In this document: one piece after another, positions 8,410 to 17,853 of the stretch
How positions within the stretch are numbered: position 1 is the stretch's first letter
Layout: each line of letters begins with the position of its first letter
Source: Alphaproteobacteria bacterium
Lineage (GTDB): Bacteria; Pseudomonadota; Alphaproteobacteria; Rs-D84
DNA: 64,000 nucleotides
NCBI GenBank assembly: GCA_017520675.1
Contig: JAFXFG010000031.1
Span: 574-64,573, forward strand
Reading direction: 5' to 3'
Translations under genes and position numbers: made by a program
Notes under the pieces: model-generated
Database searches by the model: none
Told to the model about the DNA's origin: nothing
What the model saw: only the letters and a program-made list of their open reading frames with translations

Positions 8410-9983
8410 GAAATGGTTTATCAAAAGATTTAATCGCGCGTGTATTGGGCGGTGCACCAAAATATACAATTGCAGAGTTGGAAGAAAAATTCCCAGCACG
8501 TAATCTGCCTGAGGGTGCAATGGTAACACGATTTGCCCCAAGCCCAACAGGCTTTATGCATATTGGTAATTTATATAGTGTTTTGATTGATTATAAATTT
8601 GCCCAGCAGTCGGGGGGGGTGTTTATGTTGCGTATCGAAGATACGGATACAAAACGCGAAGTGCAGGGCGCAGTTGATGTAGTAAAAAGTGCAATGCATA
8701 ATTTTGGCTTTGTGTACAATAATGATGATGTTTATGGGCCTTATTATCAATCTCAGCGTAAGGATATTTATCATTCTGTTGCTGCGCATTTGTTGGAAAC
8801 TGGGTATGCATATCCATGCTTTTTGACAGCAGAAGATATGGAAGATATTCGTGAAAAACAAAAGTCGGCAGGATTTGCAACAGGAATTTATGGCGAATTT
8901 GCACGTGATAGAGATTTAACAGAAGAGGATGTTATTGCGTATTTGGATAAGGGGTTGGTGCCATCAATTCGCTTGTATTCAATGGGAAATCCTGAACAGC
9001 GCATCTTTTGCAAGGATGCTGTGCGTGGTTCAATCGGGTTCCCAGAAAGTAACGAGGATATCGTTTTGATAAAATCAAATGATGGTTTGCCAACTTATCA
9101 TTTTGCACATTTGTGTGATGACCACTTTATGCATACAACACATGTTGTTCGTGGCGAAGAATGGTTGCCGTCCTTGCCGTTGCATTATCAATTGTTCCGT
9201 ATGATGCAGTGGACACCACCAATTTATATTCATACAGCAACACTCGATAAAATTGATGCGGAATCTGGTAAGCAAAGAAAGTTGTCCAAACGTAAAGATC
9301 CAGAGGCAAATGTTGCGTTCTTTTTGCAAGAAGGTTGGCCAGTTGATGCTGTAATTGAATATCTGGGTAATATTTTGGCATCAGGATACGAAGAAGCAAA
9401 AATGAAAGGGCAGGTTAAATCTTTCTGGGATTATGAAATGAAACCTAAAAAAATCCCTATGTCGGGCGCATTGTTTGATATGAAAAAACTGGAATGGTGG
9501 GCGAAAGAGTTTATCGGTTCGTTGCCTGTGCCAGAATTGGTTAGTCGTGTCGTTACATGGGCAAATGAATATGGAACAGATACAAACAAAATGCAGGTCG
9601 AAGATGTTAAATACCTGACGGGCGTTTTGGGTATTGAACGCGATAATCCAAAGCGTGTGCGCAAAGACTTTATTACTTGGTCCCAGACACTGGAAAATGT
9701 TGCGTTCTTTTGGGATGAATTGTTTGTGCCGAATACTGAATATGAATATAATCGGGATGCGTTGCGTGAATTCTTGGCAACATATAATCCGACAGATGAT
9801 AAAGATACTTGGTGGGCAAAAATTGTCGCGGTTGCTGAAAAAACGGGTATTAAAAATGGCGATGTGGCAATGAATTTGCGTGTGGCTTTATCAGGTCGTA
9901 CAAATACACCAGATTTGTATTCAATTATGACTGTTATGGGCGGTGAACGCGTTATGAATAGAATAAAAGGAGTTATAAAATGA
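8406..9983 (+). CDS. gltX: Glutamyl-tRNA synthetase (class I)
   Basis: HIGH motif PSPTGFMHIGN and a KMSKS-like KLSKRK. An ATGA overlap with the GNAT stop suggests a start at 8406; the canonical GluRS N-terminus MVTRFAPSPTG begins at 8520. Confidence 0.85.
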   Translation: MRNGLSKDLIARVLGGAPKYTIAELEEKFPARNLPEGAMVTRFAPSPTGFMHIGNLYSVLIDYKFAQQSGGVFMLRIEDTDTKREVQGAVDVVKSAMHNFGFVYNNDDVYGPYYQSQRKDIYHSVAAHLLETGYAYPCFLTAEDMEDIREKQKSAGFATGIYGEFARDRDLTEEDVIAYLDKGLVPSIRLYSMGNPEQRIFCKDAVRGSIGFPESNEDIVLIKSNDGLPTYHFAHLCDDHFMHTTHVVRGEEWLPSLPLHYQLFRMMQWTPPIYIHTATLDKIDAESGKQRKLSKRKDPEANVAFFLQEGWPVDAVIEYLGNILASGYEEAKMKGQVKSFWDYEMKPKKIPMSGALFDMKKLEWWAKEFIGSLPVPELVSRVVTWANEYGTDTNKMQVEDVKYLTGVLGIERDNPKRVRKDFITWSQTLENVAFFWDELFVPNTEYEYNRDALREFLATYNPTDDKDTWWAKIVAVAEKTGIKNGDVAMNLRVALSGRTNTPDLYSIMTVMGGERVMNRIKGVIK

Positions 9984-10717
9984 TGCAGTCAAAACGGGCG
10001 CGTGTGCGTGCAGTAAAAAAAGATGAGCATGGTTCACAGTTATTAAAGGTCTTGCGTGCAACAGGGTTGTTTCGCTGGGAAAAACCAAGTACACATGCAG
10101 AAGAAGTGGTAAATATCTTGACCCATGGTATTGGTATTGGATTAGCAATTGCTGCGCTGACTTTGTTGGTGGTGTTTGCAGGAATCAAAGGCGACCCATG
10201 GGCAATTGTTTCGTGTGCTATTTTCGGTGTAACTATGATTACATTGTATTTTGGGTCAACAATGTGCCACGCAACAATTGGAAAAAAACACGAATGCTTT
10301 TTTGAAGTATGGGATAGTGTTGCAATATATGCCTTGATTGCAGGTACATATACACCGTTTTTGTTGGTGAATTTGCGTGGCTGGATTGGCTGGACTGTGT
10401 TCGGTATTCTGTGGGCGATTGTGTTGTTTGGGTCGTATATGAAAATAAAAAATCCAAAGCGTCAGCCAAAGTGGATGGTGGCATTGTATCTGATTATGGG
10501 GTGGACGTTGCTGTTTATTTTGCCTGCGATGATTCGTAATATTCCGATTCGCGGATTGTGGTTTATCTTGGCGGGTGGGTTGTCTTATACGATTGGTGTA
10601 ATTTTCTATTTGTGGCGCAGAATGAAATTCTCGCACGCAATATGGCACTTGTTCGTTATTGGGGGCAGTGTGTGCTTCTTTTTTGCGGTGTTGTTCGGCA
10701 GTATCTTGGATTTGTAA
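9980..10717 (+). CDS. Hemolysin III / PAQR family membrane protein
   Basis: Seven TM segments and the HlyIII motifs NILTHGIG....HATIGKKHE...IAGTYTPF. Confidence 0.8.
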   Translation: MMQSKRARVRAVKKDEHGSQLLKVLRATGLFRWEKPSTHAEEVVNILTHGIGIGLAIAALTLLVVFAGIKGDPWAIVSCAIFGVTMITLYFGSTMCHATIGKKHECFFEVWDSVAIYALIAGTYTPFLLVNLRGWIGWTVFGILWAIVLFGSYMKIKNPKRQPKWMVALYLIMGWTLLFILPAMIRNIPIRGLWFILAGGLSYTIGVIFYLWRRMKFSHAIWHLFVIGGSVCFFFAVLFGSILDL

Positions 10718-10733
10718 TTAAAGGACTTGGTTT

Positions 10734-11081
10734 ATGCCGTATGAACGTGATTCGAAAAAAAGTGTTAGTCCAACTGTTGTTGAACGGGCATCAAATTTGC
10801 CAGATGATTTGTGCTGCGATGGATGCGCAGAAAAATGTCAGATGTCTATACAGTTGGAAATTAATAATAACAAATATAATAAAATAGAAAAAAATCAGAT
10901 TATATATGCAGAACCTGTTATGTTTGTGGGTAATAAAAAATTGCCAGATGTAGAATATTTGTCTGCAAATACGCAAAAGGCAGGTGATGGTGTAAAAATG
11001 GAATTGTTTTTTGCAGATGTTGCATATCGTTATGCGTTGGGGATGTGCAGAAAAATATGCAAGCATAGTAAATTTAGATAA
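10734..11081 (+). CDS. Small Cys-rich protein, paralog A (unknown family)
   Basis: Carries DLCCDGCAEKCQMS and AYRYALGMCRKICKHS. RBS AAGGAC. Paralogous to the next gene. Confidence 0.5.
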   Translation: MPYERDSKKSVSPTVVERASNLPDDLCCDGCAEKCQMSIQLEINNNKYNKIEKNQIIYAEPVMFVGNKKLPDVEYLSANTQKAGDGVKMELFFADVAYRYALGMCRKICKHSKFR

Positions 11082-11097
11082 AAGAAAGGGGTTAGAT

Positions 11098-11433
11098 ATG
11101 GCGTATGATTGTGATTATGTTAAAAGAGCAGGGCATATTGAATTTGCGGACGAGTTGACACCAGATTTATGTTGTGATGGGTGTGCGGAACATTGTCAGA
11201 TTTCTTTGCGTATGGTGGTTGATGGAAAGTATTCAATAAAAAATGGAAATCAAACAATGTTTATAAAGCCAGCAATGTATGCAGGTGAAAAAAAGTTGGG
11301 TAATGAATTCTTGTATGAAAGAATCCAAAAGGGCCCAGATGGTATAAGGGTGGATTTTGATTATGCAGACAAGGCGTATTTATATGCGCTGGGGATGTGC
11401 AGAAAAACATGTAAAAATAGTCGCGTGAAATAA
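11098..11433 (+). CDS. Small Cys-rich protein, paralog B
   Basis: Carries DLCCDGCAEHCQIS and AYLYALGMCRKTCKNS. RBS AAGGGG before the ATG at 11098. Followed by a terminator. Confidence 0.5.
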   Translation: MAYDCDYVKRAGHIEFADELTPDLCCDGCAEHCQISLRMVVDGKYSIKNGNQTMFIKPAMYAGEKKLGNEFLYERIQKGPDGIRVDFDYADKAYLYALGMCRKTCKNSRVK

Positions 11434-11461
11434 TTTTTATTCCCAGTTGATAAAAAAAATC

Positions 11462-11490
11462 CCCATATGGGGATTTTTTGGGAAAAATGA
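11462..11490. terminator. Bidirectional rho-independent terminator between convergent genes
   Basis: Hairpin ATCCCCATATGGGGAT flanked by A and T runs. Confidence 0.7.
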
Positions 11491-11503
11491 AAGTTTTTTG
11501 TTC

Positions 11504-11935
11504 TTAATTTTTACGGTTTTCGTATTCTTCTTGTTCTTCAACCGTCATGGTCGCAAGTGGACGCGCAATCATACGTTGAATCCCAATTTCATCACCAGAT
11601 ACAACACTGTAACCAAATGTGCCGTTGTCAATACGGTCAAGGGCAGCGTTTATCTTTTGTAATAGTTTGTTGTTGCGTTCAGAAATGCGCAAATCCATCG
11701 TGATGTCTTGGTTGTATGTCGCACTGTCCGATTCGTCGCCGGCACCAACTGCAGCTGTCTTTTCAGCCAAACGAACCGCGTTTAGTACTTCGTCATGTTC
11801 GCTAAGCAGTTCTGCCTTTTGCGCGGTTAATACATTATAGAAATATGCCAGTTGTGTCGGACACATATAGGGTTCTGACTTCTTTGGTTTGTAATTTGCA
11901 GGTATTTCAATCGTTTTGTAATTTTCAACAGACAT
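11504..11935 (-). CDS. dksA: DksA-family RNA polymerase-binding regulator without the Cys4 zinc finger
   Basis: DksA coiled coil with DxxDxA, and a C-terminus GTFGYSVVSGDEIGIQRMIARPLATM in which all four Cys are replaced. Confidence 0.75.
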   Translation of the reverse strand: MSVENYKTIEIPANYKPKKSEPYMCPTQLAYFYNVLTAQKAELLSEHDEVLNAVRLAEKTAAVGAGDESDSATYNQDITMDLRISERNNKLLQKINAALDRIDNGTFGYSVVSGDEIGIQRMIARPLATMTVEEQEEYENRKN

Positions 11936-11938
11936 TTT

Positions 11939-12262
11939 TTATCCCTTTAGTTCTTCTATCCAGGCAAGTAGTGTTTCTTGGTCCATAAGACCTGTACGAG
12001 CCTCAACCAATTCGCCGTCTTTGAATGCAAGCACAGATGGTATGCTGCGAATGCCATATTTTGCAGGTGTCTGGCGATTCGGTTCGTTGATTTCAAATTT
12101 TACAAATTTTACATCGCTGACTGTATCTATATCAGATGTCGATTCAAAAATAGGACCAAACATACGACATGGACCACACCAAGATGCCCAGAAATCAACC
12201 AATGTGATGCCACTGCCAATCATTGTGTCAATGTTTGTATCGTTCGCGTGTAATATTGCCAT
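11939..12262 (-). CDS. trxA: Thioredoxin
   Basis: WASWCGPCRMFGP active site. Confidence 0.9.
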   Translation of the reverse strand: MAILHANDTNIDTMIGSGITLVDFWASWCGPCRMFGPIFESTSDIDTVSDVKFVKFEINEPNRQTPAKYGIRSIPSVLAFKDGELVEARTGLMDQETLLAWIEELKG

Positions 12263-12340
12263 GTTTTTTCTCCTTTATGTAATAGTTGATATTCGAAAAG
12301 AGTGTATTATAATCGTTTTAAAATGCAAGAGAAATCATAA

Positions 12341-13441
12341 ATGAATAAAATCATATACTTAGATGCGGCCGCATCATACCAAAAATGCGAATCTGTAATT
12401 CAAACTGAAATCGATTTCTTGACACGAAATTATGCAAATGCAGGACGGGGAATTTGCGCACGTGCGGTGGCAGTCGATGATATGGTGCAACGATGCAGGG
12501 CAAAAGTCGCAGGATTTATGAATGCGCGTACAGACCAAATTGTCTTTACAGCAGGTACAACAGATGCAATGAATATGCTGGCTAATATGATTCCAATGTC
12601 TGCAAGAACTAAGTTGTTGGTGGCTGATATTGACCACCATAGTGCGCGATTGCCCTTTGATCAAAAAGTTAGGGCGCGGGCAGGGGTAATTAATGTTTGC
12701 CCATTGGATGATAAATTGAATATCGATGTCGATAATGTTCCATATGCAGATGTCTTTGTTATAACGGCGATGTCTAATGTGTTGGGAATGCCACAAAAGG
12801 TTGCAGATATTATAAGGGCGGCACGTCAAAAAAATCCAAATGTGGTAACTGTTGTTGATGCAGCGCAATATGTCGTGCATGAAAAGATTGATGTTAGGGC
12901 ATGGAATTGTGATTTCGTTTGTTGGTCTGGACACAAGATTGGCGCAGATACAGGTGTTGGGGTGTTGTATATTAAAAATCCCGAATCGTATATGCCTGTG
13001 AAGTTTGGCGGCGGGATGGTTAATAAAATTGTTGGTGATAAAATTACTTGGAATAATCCGCCTGATGTTTTTGAAGCAGGAACCCTGCCGTTGACGCAGA
13101 TTGCAGGATTGGCACAGGCAATCGATGAATTAAATCAAAATCGACCAAATATGGAATTGATAAAATATGCGTTTGATGAATTGCAGAAAATCCAAAATGT
13201 AAAAATATTGTCAGAACGTGATGCGTGTGTGTTGACTTTTGTGGTTGATGCAATGCATGTGTTGGATTTTGGCGCGTTGATGGGCGCGCGTGATGTTTGC
13301 CTGCGTGTGGGAAATATGTGTGCGTCTTGGGTGTTCGCGCGATTAAATCTGGATGGGGCAATCAGATTGTCAGTCGGTGCATATAATACAATTGATGATA
13401 TAAAGTATTTTGTTAAATCTGTAAAAGAGATTGTAAAATGA
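12341..13441 (+). CDS. sufS: Cysteine desulfurase-like class V aminotransferase (SufS/CsdA-like, short form)
   Basis: PLP lysine SGHKIGADTGVGVLY. Adjacent to the sufT-like and sufE genes. Confidence 0.7.
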   Translation: MNKIIYLDAAASYQKCESVIQTEIDFLTRNYANAGRGICARAVAVDDMVQRCRAKVAGFMNARTDQIVFTAGTTDAMNMLANMIPMSARTKLLVADIDHHSARLPFDQKVRARAGVINVCPLDDKLNIDVDNVPYADVFVITAMSNVLGMPQKVADIIRAARQKNPNVVTVVDAAQYVVHEKIDVRAWNCDFVCWSGHKIGADTGVGVLYIKNPESYMPVKFGGGMVNKIVGDKITWNNPPDVFEAGTLPLTQIAGLAQAIDELNQNRPNMELIKYAFDELQKIQNVKILSERDACVLTFVVDAMHVLDFGALMGARDVCLRVGNMCASWVFARLNLDGAIRLSVGAYNTIDDIKYFVKSVKEIVK

Positions 13442-13752
13442 GTATTGTGAAAAATGATATTATTAATGCGCTAAAGAAAATATATGACCCAGAAATTCCT
13501 GTTAATATCTGGGATATGGGGTTGATTTATGATATTGATATCTTAGATGATGGTGTTGTTATAAAAATGACTTTTACCAGTCCAACATGCCCAATGATGG
13601 AAGAATTGTTGGCGCAGGTAAAGGATGCGGTACAACAGGTTGCAGGTGAAAAAACTGTGCGGGTGGATTTGGTATGGAACCCACCATGGGATTTATCAAA
13701 AATGTCTGATACAGCGCGCGTGGAATTGGATTTGACCAATCAAGGATGGTAG
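13438..13752 (+). CDS. sufT: DUF59/SufT-family Fe-S assembly protein
   Basis: YDPEIPVNIWDMGLIY...TSPTCP signature. The start overlaps the sufS stop. Confidence 0.75.
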   Translation: MSIVKNDIINALKKIYDPEIPVNIWDMGLIYDIDILDDGVVIKMTFTSPTCPMMEELLAQVKDAVQQVAGEKTVRVDLVWNPPWDLSKMSDTARVELDLTNQGW

Positions 13753-14120
13753 AAAATATGGTTTATAGAGATATAAAGGCAATTTTGGAAATAACAGAAA
13801 ATCCTGTTGAAAAATTAGAAATCTTGATGGATTTTGGAAAAAAACTGGAACAAATACCAGATGGTGCAGATTGTACGGAGATAGTTGGTTGTTCTTCATT
13901 TGTTCAGATTTGTCGCAAGGATAATAAATTCTATGCAACAGCCGATTCGGCAATTGTGCGTGGAATTGTTGCAGTGCTGTTGTCAATGGTTGATGGGATG
14001 TCTGTGCAGAATATAAAAAATCTAAATATAGAAGAAGAGTTTAATTCGTTGAATTTAAATCTGGGGGCGGCACGATTAAATGGTGTTGGTTCTATGATTC
14101 GTTTTTTTAAAAATTTGTGA
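13746..14120 (+). CDS. sufE: Cysteine desulfuration protein SufE
   Basis: VGCSSFVQI motif with the SufE active-site Cys. Confidence 0.75.
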   Translation: MVENMVYRDIKAILEITENPVEKLEILMDFGKKLEQIPDGADCTEIVGCSSFVQICRKDNKFYATADSAIVRGIVAVLLSMVDGMSVQNIKNLNIEEEFNSLNLNLGAARLNGVGSMIRFFKNL

Positions 14121-14147
14121 TAAAATATCTAAAAAAAGGCAGGGGTT

Positions 14148-14444
14148 ATGAGAGATGATGAAAAAATGTTCCGAATCGGTTTGTGGACACTGGGAATTGG
14201 CTTGTTAATCAGTGTCGTGATTTTCCCTGTCGCATTTCGTACACAGGGCAGACAATTGAAAAGAGTGCAACGGGAAATTGTTGCGCTGCAACAGAAAATT
14301 GCTGTGAAAGAAGCAGAATTTGCATCTTTTATTACACCAGAAAAATTACGAAATTCAGTTGATATTATCGCACCAAAATCTAAAACAGTCGCGTTTTCAA
14401 ATGCTGTCTGGGTCGGTGATTTGCCAGATAAAAAGGAAAAATAA
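14148..14444 (+). CDS. ftsL: Cell division protein FtsL-like
   Basis: Small bitopic protein with a coiled coil, immediately upstream of ftsI (start overlaps at 14444). Confidence 0.6.
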   Translation: MRDDEKMFRIGLWTLGIGLLISVVIFPVAFRTQGRQLKRVQREIVALQQKIAVKEAEFASFITPEKLRNSVDIIAPKSKTVAFSNAVWVGDLPDKKEK

Positions 14445-16063
14445 TGTTCGAAATTGGTAAGGATATTTTTAAACATGGTTTTTATGGCGGACAGGCAGAT
14501 AGAACGCCTGTGGCAAGATTGCGAATCGTTTATTGGGTCTTTTTTGTCGCATTTATTATCTTTGCGCTTCGTACTTTGCAGTTGGGAATTCAAGGAACAG
14601 ATACTGTCAGAGATGTAGTAGGGGTGTCTGGGTGGGATATCAGTCGTGCAGATATCGTTGATAGAAATGGTGAAATATTGGCCAAAAATTTGGAGTCTGG
14701 ACATATTCAATTGGTCAAAAAATATATGGAAGAAAAAGATAAAGAGGAAATAGCAAGGGTCATTAGTGAACTGTTTCCATATAAATACTCGGTCGCAGAT
14801 GCGATGAAATTAATAGATTCAACTAAAAAATATAAAGAGTTGAAAAAGTTTGCTTCACCAGAACAAATAAAAAAAGTGAAAACTGCTAAGTTGGCAGGAT
14901 TGGAAGTTATGCCTGTGCAGTTCAGAAAATATCCAAAGCGTAATATGTTTTCCCATGTTGTGGGATTCCTTAATAAGGATGGACGTGCAGTGCAGGGGGC
15001 CGAGGCTGTCTTTGATGATTATCTGTCCGAAAATAAAGACCCGTTGTTTTTGTCGGTGGATTCACGTGTGCAGTCTGCGTTTTATGAACAATTATCTTTG
15101 GCAATGCAAAAATATCAAACTAAGACAGCAATGGGAATGTTGATGGATTCGCGGACTGGGGAAATTATTGCAATGGTGTCATTACCAGATTTTGACCCAG
15201 AAAACATAGGGAATTATCCAGTGGCGAATCGGACTTTGCAAACAATGCGTAATCCGTATGAATTGGGGTCTATATTTAAAATATTTAATACGGCATTGGC
15301 AATGGAAAATGGAATAGATAAAGAATACCTTGTTAATAAACCATTTATAATCGAAGATAAATTTGGACGGCCCGCCGCAAAAATTACAGACGTTAAAAGT
15401 TTTAAACCGCCACGTCCATATTTGAACGTAGAAGAAATTATGATGATGTCCTGTAATGTGGGTAGTGCGCAAATCGCACTAGATTTGCCAGATAATGCGC
15501 AAAAGGAATTTATCGAAAGATTGCATATGGACAAGGCATTGGATTTGGAAATGGGGCGCACAGAACGTACCATGTTGCCACAAAAATGGGGGCCTGTGGA
15601 AAAGGCGACAGTTGCATATGGACATGGTATATCTGTGACACCAATGCACCTGTTGTTGGCGGTGAATGCGGTCACCAATGGTGGATTCTATGTAAAACCA
15701 ACACTGCAAAAACGTGGTGTTGGGGTGGTGCGCGCAGAAAAGGTTCTGGAAGAAGAAATTTCTGAAAGGTTGCGCGCAATTATGTTTCGGGTTGCAGAAG
15801 AAACAACTGCAAAACAGGCAAGGGTTGCAGGAATTAAAATCGGTGGAAAAACAGGTACTGCTGAAAAATATGGTGCAGATGGGAAAGTTGATAGAAAACG
15901 TAATGTGACCGCATTCGTGGGAATATTTCCAGTTGATGCACCACAATATACAATTATGATTGTCTTGGATGAACCAAAGGGATATCCGCGTACGGCATCT
16001 TATAATGCGGTGCCTGTTACGGGAAAAATTCTTGAAACGATACTGCCGTTGCTATTTGAATAA
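14444..16063 (+). CDS. ftsI: Penicillin-binding protein 3 (peptidoglycan D,D-transpeptidase FtsI)
   Basis: SxxK (SIFK), SCN and KTGTA motifs. Confidence 0.85.
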   Translation: MFEIGKDIFKHGFYGGQADRTPVARLRIVYWVFFVAFIIFALRTLQLGIQGTDTVRDVVGVSGWDISRADIVDRNGEILAKNLESGHIQLVKKYMEEKDKEEIARVISELFPYKYSVADAMKLIDSTKKYKELKKFASPEQIKKVKTAKLAGLEVMPVQFRKYPKRNMFSHVVGFLNKDGRAVQGAEAVFDDYLSENKDPLFLSVDSRVQSAFYEQLSLAMQKYQTKTAMGMLMDSRTGEIIAMVSLPDFDPENIGNYPVANRTLQTMRNPYELGSIFKIFNTALAMENGIDKEYLVNKPFIIEDKFGRPAAKITDVKSFKPPRPYLNVEEIMMMSCNVGSAQIALDLPDNAQKEFIERLHMDKALDLEMGRTERTMLPQKWGPVEKATVAYGHGISVTPMHLLLAVNAVTNGGFYVKPTLQKRGVGVVRAEKVLEEEISERLRAIMFRVAEETTAKQARVAGIKIGGKTGTAEKYGADGKVDRKRNVTAFVGIFPVDAPQYTIMIVLDEPKGYPRTASYNAVPVTGKILETILPLLFE

Positions 16064-16107
16064 TTTTTGATTATAATGTCTTTGATAATAAAAAAAAAGA
16101 GAAGACG

Positions 16108-17838
16108 TTGAGAAAGATAGTAGAGAAATCTGTGCTGGGAAAAGCATGGGTTGTGGCAGATGATAATTTCGGTGATAATGTTACTTTGGTGGAAAAAATA
16201 TTAAATCGGCGTGGTATAAATACAGAGGCTGATAGAAATTTATTTTTAAACCCAAGTATCAAGGAGTATATGCCTGACCCGTTCGTGTTGCAGGATATGG
16301 ATGTGGCTGTGCGACTGATTGCAGATGCTGTGCAAAATAAGCAGAAAATTGCAATATATGGCGATTATGATGTTGATGGAATAACTTCGACGGCAATCAT
16401 GGTTAAGTATATGCGGGCAGTTGGTGCAGATGTTATTTGGCACTTGCCCACGCGTGAGGGGGAAGGATATGGCCTGAATGACGAGGCAATTCAAGAAATT
16501 GCTAATGCAGGTGCAGATTTAATCATAACTGTTGATTGTGGTATTAGCGGTAATAAAGAAATAGATTTTGCAAAAAGTTTGGGATTAAAGGTTGTTGTAA
16601 CAGACCATCATTCGCCTGATTCGCAGTTGCCAGATGCAAATGCAATTGTTAACCCAAAACGCAATGATGATACATCTGGATTGACTTATCTGGCAGGTGT
16701 GGGTGTGGCGTTTTTGACCTTGGTCGCATTAAACCGCGAAATGAAATCGCGTGGTTTGGGAATTGATAATTCTGAATTAATGGGATATATGGACTTGGTT
16801 GCGCTGGGGACCGTTTGTGATACGATGCCTTTGGTTGGATTAAATCGTGCGTTTGTTACAACTGGGTTAAAAGTTTTTGGACTGCAACAAAATTTAGGTT
16901 TGCGGGTCTTGATGGAGGTGGCAGGGATTAAAAAGGTTTCTGTTTATGCAATTGGATTTGCATTAGGACCACGATTGAATGCCGCAGGACGCCTGGATTC
17001 TGCGGGACCCGCGTTGGATTTGTTGTTGACAGATAATCCATTGATTGCACGCGATTTGGCGGAAAAACTGCATCAGATGAATCAAGAACGAATCGATATA
17101 CAAAATGCAATTATGTTACGCGCAATTGAATTGGCTGATAATTGTTGTGCGTCTGGAAAGTGCAGTTTGTTTGTCTGTGGTGATAATTGGCATGGTGGGG
17201 TTATGGGAATTATCGCAGGTCGATTGAAAGATAAATATAATTTGCCGTCTTGTGTGGCAACCAGAAGTGATGGGGTTGTTAATGGATCGGGACGCTCAAT
17301 CGCAGGGGTCGATTTGGGAAAAATTATTCATGATGCGTTGGCTGCTGGGGTTATAAGCGAAGGGGGGGGGCATGCCGCAGCTGCTGGATTTTCGTTGCCG
17401 GTGGAACAGGAACAAGCATTTTGTGAATTCTTGGAAAAGGCGGTAAAAGAGCAATTAAATGGTGAAATGCCTGCGCCAGAGGTATTGGTTGATGCGGAAC
17501 TGGATGCAGGGGGGGCAACAATGCGATTGGTAAAAAGCCTGATGGAGATGGAACCATTCGGGCAGGGTAATCCAGAACCAATGCTGGTTTTACATGGTGC
17601 GGTACTGCGTGGTGTAACAACAATGGGAAATGGCGCGCATTTGCGTGGGACAGTCGCAACAAGTACAGGTGGACAATTGCCGTTCGTAGGATTTAACTTG
17701 GTCGGTACAAAAGTAGGTGATTTTTTACTAGACGATGAAAATACAAATACTAAAATAATGTTGCTGGGACGCTTGAAAGAAAATGAGTATAATGGACGCG
17801 TTAATGCACAATTTTTTCTGGAAGATGTCGCGATTTAG
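16108..17838 (+). CDS. recJ: Single-stranded-DNA-specific exonuclease RecJ
   Basis: DHH motifs (DYDVDGITS, DHH) and a DHHA1 domain. TTG start. Confidence 0.85.
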   Translation: MRKIVEKSVLGKAWVVADDNFGDNVTLVEKILNRRGINTEADRNLFLNPSIKEYMPDPFVLQDMDVAVRLIADAVQNKQKIAIYGDYDVDGITSTAIMVKYMRAVGADVIWHLPTREGEGYGLNDEAIQEIANAGADLIITVDCGISGNKEIDFAKSLGLKVVVTDHHSPDSQLPDANAIVNPKRNDDTSGLTYLAGVGVAFLTLVALNREMKSRGLGIDNSELMGYMDLVALGTVCDTMPLVGLNRAFVTTGLKVFGLQQNLGLRVLMEVAGIKKVSVYAIGFALGPRLNAAGRLDSAGPALDLLLTDNPLIARDLAEKLHQMNQERIDIQNAIMLRAIELADNCCASGKCSLFVCGDNWHGGVMGIIAGRLKDKYNLPSCVATRSDGVVNGSGRSIAGVDLGKIIHDALAAGVISEGGGHAAAAGFSLPVEQEQAFCEFLEKAVKEQLNGEMPAPEVLVDAELDAGGATMRLVKSLMEMEPFGQGNPEPMLVLHGAVLRGVTTMGNGAHLRGTVATSTGGQLPFVGFNLVGTKVGDFLLDDENTNTKIMLLGRLKENEYNGRVNAQFFLEDVAI

Positions 17839-17853
17839 CATGGAGGATGACAA

